Notes under the pieces: model-generated
The model's input: only the letters and a program-made list of their open reading frames with translations
Databases searched by the model: none
Told to the model about the DNA's origin: nothing
Assembly (NCBI GenBank): GCA_965198115.1
Contig: OZ240241.1
Location: 5,792,001 to 5,856,000 of the forward strand
DNA length: 64,000 nt
Direction of reading: 5' to 3'
DNA from: Candidatus Latescibacterota bacterium
GTDB taxonomy: Bacteria > Latescibacterota > UBA2968
Position numbers and translations under genes: made by a program
In this document: one piece after another, positions 41,154-49,626 of the stretch
Position numbering within the stretch: the stretch's first letter is position 1
Layout of the letters: each line of letters starts with the position of its first letter

Positions 41154-43958
41154 CTACAGGTCCAGCTGGTAGGAGAGCTTGAGGAGGACAGAACGGCTAC
41201 GCCGCGTCAGGTTGAAGCCGCCGCCGTTGATGGGGTCGTCCGTCGTGTCGTATCCGCTGTCGAAGACGAGGAAGATGTCGCTGCCCGGTCGGTATTCGTA
41301 GTTGAGGAGGAAATTGGCCGAGATGGTTTCGTCGTCGTTGTTCCACTGGGAGAACACTTTAACGAAGAAGTTGGTGGTGATGGAGTAAAGAAGTCGCGTG
41401 CCGAGGGTGTGGATGCTGAGATTCGCCTGGGGAAGCCGGATCCAGTTGCCCCTGTAGTTGACTTCGAACGACGCTCGACCGGTTGGCCTGAACGCACTTT
41501 GCGATCGGATCGAGTAGCGCCGACCCGTGTAGTAGGTTCCCGCTTCGAAGCTGAATCCAGGTCTGATCCATCTCTTTCCACTCGGTCGTGGACCGGTTCT
41601 GATCGTCGTGAATTTGTAGGTGCCGGGCGGAATGACGACATCGCTACGACGGTCGGATGGTGCGAACTCTTCCGTGACGACATCGTAAAACCGCGTCGCC
41701 TGGGACGACCACGCGTCGCCCGAGTTGAACAGTGTGTACCAGGATGCTTCGCCGGTCCAGTACTTCACGTCGTTCGCTCGGTCTGTCCATAGCTCCAACT
41801 CGGGGCCGATCGACATATAGCGGATGTTGCCGAACCCGGGTTTCGGGCGCCAGCGCAGGTAGACGTTGTAACGGCGGAATCCAGTCAGGTCGCCACGGCG
41901 GTTCACGAATCCAACGGCGGGCTCGAAGTTCTCCTCGACGTCGAGGTATTTCAATCGGGACCAGAATGTTCTGCCGCGATAATTCAGGAAAATGAACCGA
42001 GCATCACCCGTTCCCTCGATGTCCGAGTCCCAGGTTCGGGCCGCAAAGCCCTGGAAGTTCAATTTGCTCGTGGGTGAGTAGCTGAAGTCGAGACCGGCTG
42101 CCCGGTTGTAGGTGCTCCACCCGTCGATCTGTTTGTTGACCATAACGAAGCCGACGTTCGATCTCGCGAAGAGGTCGCGTCTGACGCGGAGAACGGAATA
42201 GTTCGTGCGCCGGACGTGGATGCTGTCACCGTCGTCTTCGAACGAGATGGGATCGGTCAGGACGTTGAGGGCGCCGATGCTCGTTCGACCTTCTTTTCCG
42301 GCCAGTTTCGTGCCGACCAGGATCGGGACCTGGCGTCTCTCCTCCAGACCGATCCGCCTCGAGTAGAAAAGAAGCGTGGGGGGCTCGGTCCCACTTCCTC
42401 TGAATCTGGCAGCCTCGCCAAACTCGAACAGGTTGGCTCCCTCGAGGAAGAATTCCCGTTTTTCTGGAAAGAAGAGACTGAATTGCGTGAGGTTGGTCCG
42501 TTCCTGATCACCCTCGACCTGGGCAAAGTCCGTTTTGTATGAAACATCGAGACCGATGTTGGAGGTGATGCCGTAGCGGAGGTCGAGTCCCGTGTCGAAG
42601 GAAGAGTTTTCTGCAGGATCGGTGACGCGGAAATCTTTTGATGTTCCAGGCAGAATGTAGGGCCTGATCTGGATGGGCCGCCTGGTCTTGACCTGTCGTA
42701 GACCCTTGAGCTCGCCGATGTCCATCATCAGGTAACGCTCGGTCGGTGAAGAGCTCTGTACGCCGACGACAAGCTGGGTGGCTTCGTTCTTCCTTGCGTT
42801 GAAACGGGAGAGATTGATGCCCCAGACCATATCGTCGCCTGGTTTGAATCGGAGCTGGCTGAAGGGGATCTGAACTTCGGCGGTCCAGCGATCCGCTTTT
42901 CGCTCCGTGCGACAGGTCCAGTTACAGTCCCAGTCTCGGTTGTAGGTGCGCCCTTCGTTGGAGAGCATATAGTCGGCCTGGGCCCCGAGGGGATTCACGA
43001 AGAAGAAAAACCCGTTCTGACGATCGTTGAACGTGTCGAGCAGGATCTGGACGTTGTCGTCGCTCGTCAGCTCCGAATCCCGGCGCATATTGTTCGCCAC
43101 CGACCCGTTCCCTTCAGGAATGGGGCAGTCGAAACCGAAGTAGATGTTCTCGTCGTCGTAGATGATCCGGGCTACGGTGTTCTCGGCGCTCGGAGCCCAG
43201 TAGTTCGGGTCGCGTTGGACGAATCCTTCGATCGGTCTGGCGGACGCCCACACGGGGTCGTCGAGCACGCCGTCGAGGTTCGGACCGTCTTCCACGCGTG
43301 CGGCGTGGACGGTCCGTCGGGCCTTTCGCCTGTTTCCGTTTCCGAGAGCGACGTGGATCAGGCGATCAGCAGGCTTGTAGGACGCTCGCTCGGATGAGGT
43401 GGTGCGTGCGACGATGACGTCATCGAGTTCTTTGATGACCTCGAGGTCCTCGCCGAACCCGTTTTCGCCCGATGTGGAGAGGCGACTCCAGAGCGGGACC
43501 GACCCGTTCATCCCTTCGACATAGACGAGGTCGCCGCTGACTTCACGAACTCTGCCCTCGATGTTGGAGACGGCTACTCGCTCTGGCGCGGCTTCCGAAT
43601 CACCGTTGGTCGATTCCGAGGCCAGACTGACGATCCACAGGCCCTCATGGGCGGACCGGATAAGGGCGACTTGCGACATCCCGGGTTCCAGATCGACGAT
43701 CTCACCGCGTGCGAATCGGTTTGAGCCATCGATGATCTCCACGATGCCTATTGGGGTGGCGCCACCATCGGCGGTGTATTCGGACAGGGGTCCTCCGACA
43801 ATGCGCAGACGATCTCCCTGTCGCACAGGTTTACCGTCCCGCAGGTCTATGAAGACTTTGCCGTCGTAGATTCGTACCACGTGCCCGCGAATCTCCTGGC
43901 CCGCGACCGGTGTAGACAGTGCAAAAATCAGGGTGATGATTGTGAGGGTTCTGTGCAT
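41154..43958 (-). CDS. Secreted/outer-membrane protein with CBM9-like and DUF5916-type domains
   Basis: Signal peptide, LDGVLDDPVW, QILLDTFND, WTAEVQIPFSQLRF, TDFAQVE.D, FFPEKREFFLEG, LFYSRRIG, C-terminal LKLSY. Confidence 0.82.
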   Translation of the reverse strand: MHRTLTIITLIFALSTPVAGQEIRGHVVRIYDGKVFIDLRDGKPVRQGDRLRIVGGPLSEYTADGGATPIGIVEIIDGSNRFARGEIVDLEPGMSQVALIRSAHEGLWIVSLASESTNGDSEAAPERVAVSNIEGRVREVSGDLVYVEGMNGSVPLWSRLSTSGENGFGEDLEVIKELDDVIVARTTSSERASYKPADRLIHVALGNGNRRKARRTVHAARVEDGPNLDGVLDDPVWASARPIEGFVQRDPNYWAPSAENTVARIIYDDENIYFGFDCPIPEGNGSVANNMRRDSELTSDDNVQILLDTFNDRQNGFFFFVNPLGAQADYMLSNEGRTYNRDWDCNWTCRTERKADRWTAEVQIPFSQLRFKPGDDMVWGINLSRFNARKNEATQLVVGVQSSSPTERYLMMDIGELKGLRQVKTRRPIQIRPYILPGTSKDFRVTDPAENSSFDTGLDLRYGITSNIGLDVSYKTDFAQVEGDQERTNLTQFSLFFPEKREFFLEGANLFEFGEAARFRGSGTEPPTLLFYSRRIGLEERRQVPILVGTKLAGKEGRTSIGALNVLTDPISFEDDGDSIHVRRTNYSVLRVRRDLFARSNVGFVMVNKQIDGWSTYNRAAGLDFSYSPTSKLNFQGFAARTWDSDIEGTGDARFIFLNYRGRTFWSRLKYLDVEENFEPAVGFVNRRGDLTGFRRYNVYLRWRPKPGFGNIRYMSIGPELELWTDRANDVKYWTGEASWYTLFNSGDAWSSQATRFYDVVTEEFAPSDRRSDVVIPPGTYKFTTIRTGPRPSGKRWIRPGFSFEAGTYYTGRRYSIRSQSAFRPTGRASFEVNYRGNWIRLPQANLSIHTLGTRLLYSITTNFFVKVFSQWNNDDETISANFLLNYEYRPGSDIFLVFDSGYDTTDDPINGGGFNLTRRSRSVLLKLSYQLDL

Positions 43959-43981
43959 TGCCGGATCTATGCCTTTTACAG

Positions 43982-44018
43982 AAAAGAAAGGGGGCCCTCG
44001 ATCTCGGGACCGAGGGCC
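43982..44018 (-). terminator. Intrinsic-terminator-like hairpin just upstream of the DUF5916 gene
   Basis: Minus strand GGCCCTCGGTC-CCGA-GATCGAGGGCC followed by CCCTTTCTTTT. Confidence 0.6.
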
Positions 44019-44254
44019 TTAGTAATATCGACCTGATAAATCGTTGTATTTACAGTTATTTGCGACTGGAAGGATGGAGAATGTCCATCGGGATCGGATC
44101 TGTCGTGAGATCTGGGCAATGTCGAGACACTGTGGGCGGTATCTGAGACGCCGTGGCTGGCGATCGAGCATAAATCCTGCGACCTGTGTGCGTGCCCGGC
44201 TGAGGACGACGAACCGTCAAATTATACGGTGAATCGAAGGGGACGCCACCCCAT

Positions 44255-45595
44255 TCAGGAGGCACCGAATTCCTTCGTCGCCTGACCGAGGGCAAGGTCG
44301 AGCGTGGAGACGGCTGTCTCGATCTCCTCACGATCGATGATGAGCGGAGGGTAGAACCGGACATCGTCTCCGTTGATCCAGTCGGCGCAACCCGAGGTTG
44401 CGGACATGTGGAGGCCGTGCTCCATCGTGATCTGAGGGATTCGCGCGGAGACTTTCTGGTCGGCCGAAAACGGTTCCTTGGTCTCGCGGTCCTTGACGAG
44501 CTCGATTCCCATCATCAGGCCCTTGTGGCGGATGTCGCCGACGATGGGATGCTCGTAAAGTCGTTTTGCCGCCGTCTCGAGGTAGGCGCCCATCTCGACG
44601 ACGTGGTCGAGGATTCCTTCTTCTTCGATGATGTCGAGCACGGTCGATGCGACGCGTGTGGCCACTGGGTTGTTTACGTAGGTGAAGACGTGCGGGAAGG
44701 ATCCGGCTCCGTCGAGCGCGTCCCGAATGTCGTCGGATACGAGCACACCGCCCAGCGGCATATACCCGGCTGTGGCCCCTTTGCCGAAAACGAGGAGATC
44801 GGGGACGATGTCCCAGTGTTCGATGGCGAAGTAGCGGCCCGTTCGACCGAAGCCTGTGATGATTTCATCGGCGATGAAGAGAACGTCGTAGCGGTCGCAG
44901 ATCTCACGTACCCTTGCATAGTAGTCTTCGTGCGGTGAGCTGACGGTGATGCCCCCGTTGACGACGGGCTCTCCGATGAAGGCTGCGACGGTTTCGGGTC
45001 CGGCTTGCAGGATGGCTTCTTCGAGTTGGTCGGCACAGGCCAGATTGCACGATCCCTCGCATCCCGCAAACTTGCATCGGTAGGGATAGCTGGGATCGAT
45101 TTTTGGAAAATCGGGAATCCACGGAGCGAAGGGAGAGCGCATCGCGGGCAAACCCGAAGCCGACAGCGCACCGAGCGTGGCTCCGTGGTAGCTTCGCCAC
45201 CGGGAGATGACTTTGTGCTTACGCTCACGGCCGTGCTGGAGGTGGTAGAGGCGGGCGAGCTTGAAAGCGGTCTCGTTGCCCTCCGAGCCACCCGAGACGA
45301 AGTAGACGTGATTCAGGTTGCCCGGGGCCAGGCCCGCCAGGCGTGAAGCGAGGTCGAGGGCGGGTCGATTCGTGAAGAAGGCGGAGAAGCAGTAGGCCAT
45401 CGTTTCGGCCTGGTCGGCCATCACCTCGGCGATGCGTTTCTGACCGTGGCCGAGCGTAACGTTGCCCGCGCCGGAAACGCCATCGATGTAGCGGTTGCCT
45501 TCGTCGTCGATCAGGTAGATGCCTTCGCCCCGGACGATGACGGGATACGTGCCTTGGGGGTCACGGTGGATCAACGCGTCTCTGGATGTGGTCAT
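44255..45595 (-). CDS. Class III PLP-dependent aminotransferase
   Basis: GEGIYL.D..GNRYID, SGGSEGNE, SYHG, FIADEIITGFGRTG, PDLLVFGKG, PPLII. Confidence 0.92.
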   Translation of the reverse strand: MTTSRDALIHRDPQGTYPVIVRGEGIYLIDDEGNRYIDGVSGAGNVTLGHGQKRIAEVMADQAETMAYCFSAFFTNRPALDLASRLAGLAPGNLNHVYFVSGGSEGNETAFKLARLYHLQHGRERKHKVISRWRSYHGATLGALSASGLPAMRSPFAPWIPDFPKIDPSYPYRCKFAGCEGSCNLACADQLEEAILQAGPETVAAFIGEPVVNGGITVSSPHEDYYARVREICDRYDVLFIADEIITGFGRTGRYFAIEHWDIVPDLLVFGKGATAGYMPLGGVLVSDDIRDALDGAGSFPHVFTYVNNPVATRVASTVLDIIEEEGILDHVVEMGAYLETAAKRLYEHPIVGDIRHKGLMMGIELVKDRETKEPFSADQKVSARIPQITMEHGLHMSATSGCADWINGDDVRFYPPLIIDREEIETAVSTLDLALGQATKEFGAS

Positions 45596-47532
45596 TGCGA
45601 CTCCAACAGATCGATGGTCAGGTCGTTGCAGGGTGCGTGCAAGTGTAGGGCTTGATCGCTGACTGCGGCGGTTACGATCCCCTCGGGAGTTTCGATTTCT
45701 CAGCCGCTGTCGGTGTCGTGCCACTGTACGGTCGGTCGACCCGTGGAGGAAACTGCGAACAGGGACAGGAGGCGACATCGTGAAGCCTTCACCGTCGTTT
45801 CGACATAGGGTTCGTGGCGTTGCTTGAACACGTCGCCGAGCCGGTGGCGATTGTAGGGTTCACGGTATTCGTGCCTATGGTCGGTCAGGACGAGGTCGGT
45901 CTCGTCGAGCGAAACGACACGTGCGGAAAGGGATGCCCGCTCGGTTTCGACGGTGAATGATCCGGTCTCATCCGGGGTCGAGGGTACGGACGGATGCCAA
46001 CGGAGGGAGATCGTTTCTTCGGTCTCAAGGTCAGCTTCATCCAGGACGGCGATCGTCGTGGGGAGAAGGTGTGCGACCGTTCGTCGTACGGCCGTCACGT
46101 CGTCGTGTTTTCCCGTGAGATCGATCTGCCAGATACCGCCCTCACCGTCTTTGAAGTCCGCGCTGAGAATCGTGGCTTCGACGGCCGATTCGTGTCTCAT
46201 TTCGCGTCCACCGAAGACGAGGATGTTGTGCCCGAAAGCGGCGGCGTTGTAATACTCGTATTTCTTGGCACCGTAATCACCCGGGTAACCGGGCGGCGAC
46301 CCGAGATCGACGATGAGACGCTCACCATATCCGTCGATGCAGACCTGGCCGACGTCGTGATTGCCGTGGACGATGACGCCGCTGCCGCCCTTGCCGTAGA
46401 CGATCGACGGGGGCGCAACGGGATCCCAGTTGGTGCGGCTGCTGAAGCCGGCGTCGTGCTTGCGAAAGGCGCGCCCCGTTGGGATGAGTCCATCGAGTGG
46501 GACCGGTTCCAGACTCGGGTCGTACCAGAGGAGTTCCCACACGAGCGACCGCCGGGCCTCGTCTATCCCGGCGTAATCCAGGTAGAACTGCTGGAGACAG
46601 CCATCCCGCGTCGCGTCCGCCACAGCGGGAAGATAGGAGAGGGCGGGTGGCGCGTCGACATCGCCGTCGCCGAATGCGGCGTAGCGACCGGGCGGCAGGG
46701 TGAAGTAGAAGATCCAGCTGCAGGTCTGCGGGAAAGGAGGCTCCGCGAGCCGGTTGACCCCACCGCCGCTGGCGTAGCGCTGCGCGGTGAAGAAGGCGAC
46801 GGGCTGGACCGTCGAACTGGCGTAGCCGACGGATTCGCTGAATTCGCCTTCCGGCCCGAACTGATCGAGGTATTCGATCATTCGAGGAAGAGCAACGTCG
46901 ATCAGCTCCCTGGCGCGTGGATGATCGTCGCCGAGCGCCATCCCTGCGATACCGTGTCCCCCGACGACGACGGTCAGCCAGTTGGTGCGCACGTCGAGCC
47001 AGTAGGCGTTTTCAGCGACGTCCGCCAGATAGAGCTGTAGATCGCATCGGTCGAGCCCCTCGATGATGGCGTCGCGGTCGGCCTGATCCAAAAGGGGATA
47101 CATCCAGTCGTAGGCCAGCCCGATCGCCTGGGAGAGCTGGCCTCCACGGAGGTCGACGCGGGTCTTGGGGTGAGCTTTGTCGCGCCAGTCCGGGTAGCGG
47201 TTGGGATCGAAGACCGCCTCCATCTGGTGGAGGACGTCGTCGCGGTATTCCGCTTTTTCGCTGATGAGGTAGGTCAGGGCCGCGCGCTGGATGCGCTGGG
47301 CGACAGCGTTGATGAGGGTCCAATCCCTGTTTTCGTGATCGACGTCGAGCTGGGGCCTGCCGGGAAGGGTGGAGGTGGGTAGGAAGGGGTCTTTGGCGAT
47401 ATCCGCATCGGCGAGCGCCTGTAGTTTCCCCCAGAGCGTTCTGAGATGGCCGGATCGAACGCCCTGGCGCAACTCGTCGACGGATCTCAGGCCTTCGATC
47501 TTCTCAGCAGTGACGAAGATGTGTGGATGCAT
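45592..47532 (-). pseudogene. Heparinase II/III-like polysaccharide lyase with premature TGA at 45700-45702
   Basis: TNW...G, GEFSESVGY, FGDG, HGNHDVG, GHNIL. The frame stays open after the TGA for 35 codons, to a TGA overlapping the next ATG. Confidence 0.7.
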
Positions 47533-47630
47533 TTGTAGGCTAACCTTGACAAGGTTGGTCAGTCGCGGCATTAAGGGGGCTGTGAACGGGGAGGTCAAGC
47601 CTGAACTGGACGGCCTCGACAATGGGCGAG

Positions 47631-47718
47631 TTCTCGACCCTTCGACTCCGCTCAGGACAAGCTCGCGCTCCCGACTACGCCAAGGCTACGTCGGGAATGC
47701 GAACTGACTCCGCTCGAG
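47631..47718. repeat. Family H repeat containing a family B and a family C insert
   Basis: TTCTCGA-CCCTTCGACTCCGCTCAGGACAAG-CTCGCGCT-CCCGACTACGCCAAGGCTACGTCGGG-...CGAACTGAC. Confidence 0.75.
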
Positions 47719-47757
47719 TTGGCCACTTTCATACCTTGTATGTAAAATGGGTGGACT

Positions 47758-49452
47758 ATGAGTGAAGAAATTATCCTGTCGGATATGGGGCAGTGCCAAC
47801 CGACCACGGCGCTGTCTCCCGCCCGGCGTCTCAACCACTGGCAGCTGATCCCGTATGAAACGGAGACGTTCGCGGGGCAGCTGATATCTGCGGGCTTTAT
47901 GACCGAACCGCCGGAGGTGAGACTGCCATCCTCGCACCAGGGATGTTTCGCCATTTACGTCGGTTTGTGGATGGCAGGAGAAAGCGCCGGCGGGTGGGGA
48001 AGGGCGACGATGGGGTCCGACGCGGTCGGGAGTCTGAAGATCAAGCTGGAGAGCGACGCCTGCTTTGTCGCGTTCCGTCGAGAAGCACCGGCGAGGGACA
48101 ATCTGGAGGATGTGTTCTGGAAGATTGCCGATCTGGACGGCGACGACTTTGTGTTCGCGCAGCAGGCGTCCGGGATCAAAGGTCAGTCCTCGGTCGCCTA
48201 CATCCGGCTCGTGCAGCTGTCGGCAGATGAAGAGGCTGCGTGGCGCGAGGATGTCGCGAAACCCGAACACAAGCGGCTCGTGGCGACGAACGATGCGTTC
48301 GGCGTGTTCTTCCGGAACTGTATTACTACGCGGGAAGGTATCTGGGAACAGGTCGAACCGTATCGGAATACCGATTTCAAGATGCTGTGGTGGGAAATCG
48401 TGAGCGGGATGTTCGGGGCGTGGCGGAAGGAAGGAAAGACCTATGGGGAGGGTGTGGAGGATTACCCCAGGCCGGGCGATCTGTTTGCGGCTGAGAGCTA
48501 TAGGACAATGCGTGAGGAGGGGATCAATCCGCTGAAGACGGCGATGGATTACGCGCACGACATCGGCCTGGAGTTTCACGTCAGCCAGCGGTCCGAGATG
48601 TTCCAGACCGGACCCCCGTTCGAGGAAGTATTCAGTACCCAATTCTACCTGGACCATCCCGAATGGCGGCTGCGCGACATCGATGGTACGGAAGTGACGG
48701 GAATGAGCTACGCGCACCAAGGCGTTCGTCAATACCTGGTCTCGCTCCTGGAGCAAGCGACATCTCTCGGCGCAGACGGTGCGTGTATCATCTACCCCCG
48801 GTCGGCGCCGTTCGTGCTCTACGAAGACCCATTCGTCGATGCGTTCGTGGAACGTCACGGCGAGGATCCCCGGGAGATCGATGAGGAAGACGAGCGCGTG
48901 ATCGATCTGCGCGCCGAGTTTATGACGGCCTATATGTGTGAGTTGCGAGAGGCGATGGACCGCGTGGGTCAGAAACTGGGACGCCGTCTGGCGATGTCGG
49001 CGATTGTTTTCGCGACGGAAGCGGAGAACCGGCTAGCTGGACTGGACCTCGCGAGATGGATTCGAGAGGGTCTGCTCGACCACCTGAGTCCGTATCCATA
49101 CAGCCGCGCAAAGAAGGTGATGGATATCGAGACCGGCTATTTTCGAAGCATCACGGCAGAAACAGGGTGCCGGCTCTACCCCAACGTGATGCCGCGCCAT
49201 ATGCCGGCTTCGGAATACCGGGAATTGGCAAAACACTACTACGATGAAGGTGCGGACGGTCTGCTGTTCTGGGACACCTACCAGCGACACGACGGCAGTT
49301 CGCAGTGGGAGACGATTCGACGTCTCGGGCGCAAGGAAGAGATCGAAGCGGCAATCGCACAGGCGGATCCGCAGAACGAGCCCAGAATCGTTCCGCTTAC
49401 CAAACTGGCCGGTCACCATATGCACCGATACTCCCCTTATCGCGGTGCGTAG
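47758..49452 (+). CDS. Uncharacterised protein with GHL10/DUF187-like TIM barrel
   Basis: GINPL..AMDYAHDIGL, FYLDHPEWR, MSYAHQGVR, GLDLARWIREGL, GADGLLFWD. Confidence 0.65.
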   Translation: MSEEIILSDMGQCQPTTALSPARRLNHWQLIPYETETFAGQLISAGFMTEPPEVRLPSSHQGCFAIYVGLWMAGESAGGWGRATMGSDAVGSLKIKLESDACFVAFRREAPARDNLEDVFWKIADLDGDDFVFAQQASGIKGQSSVAYIRLVQLSADEEAAWREDVAKPEHKRLVATNDAFGVFFRNCITTREGIWEQVEPYRNTDFKMLWWEIVSGMFGAWRKEGKTYGEGVEDYPRPGDLFAAESYRTMREEGINPLKTAMDYAHDIGLEFHVSQRSEMFQTGPPFEEVFSTQFYLDHPEWRLRDIDGTEVTGMSYAHQGVRQYLVSLLEQATSLGADGACIIYPRSAPFVLYEDPFVDAFVERHGEDPREIDEEDERVIDLRAEFMTAYMCELREAMDRVGQKLGRRLAMSAIVFATEAENRLAGLDLARWIREGLLDHLSPYPYSRAKKVMDIETGYFRSITAETGCRLYPNVMPRHMPASEYRELAKHYYDEGADGLLFWDTYQRHDGSSQWETIRRLGRKEEIEAAIAQADPQNEPRIVPLTKLAGHHMHRYSPYRGA

Positions 49453-49626
49453 GCGTGCCAAAGGGGGAATAGGGTAGCCCGCGCGAGGCTTCTTTCCGAT
49501 ATTCGACCTTCATCATCGCTGCAGGGCTCGGCATAGCGTGCCGCAGCCCTTGATCCTTCGACTTCGCTCCCACCTGCGCAAAGCTACGGTAGGACGGGCG
49601 CCGCTCGGGGTGACCGCCGCTTCACG

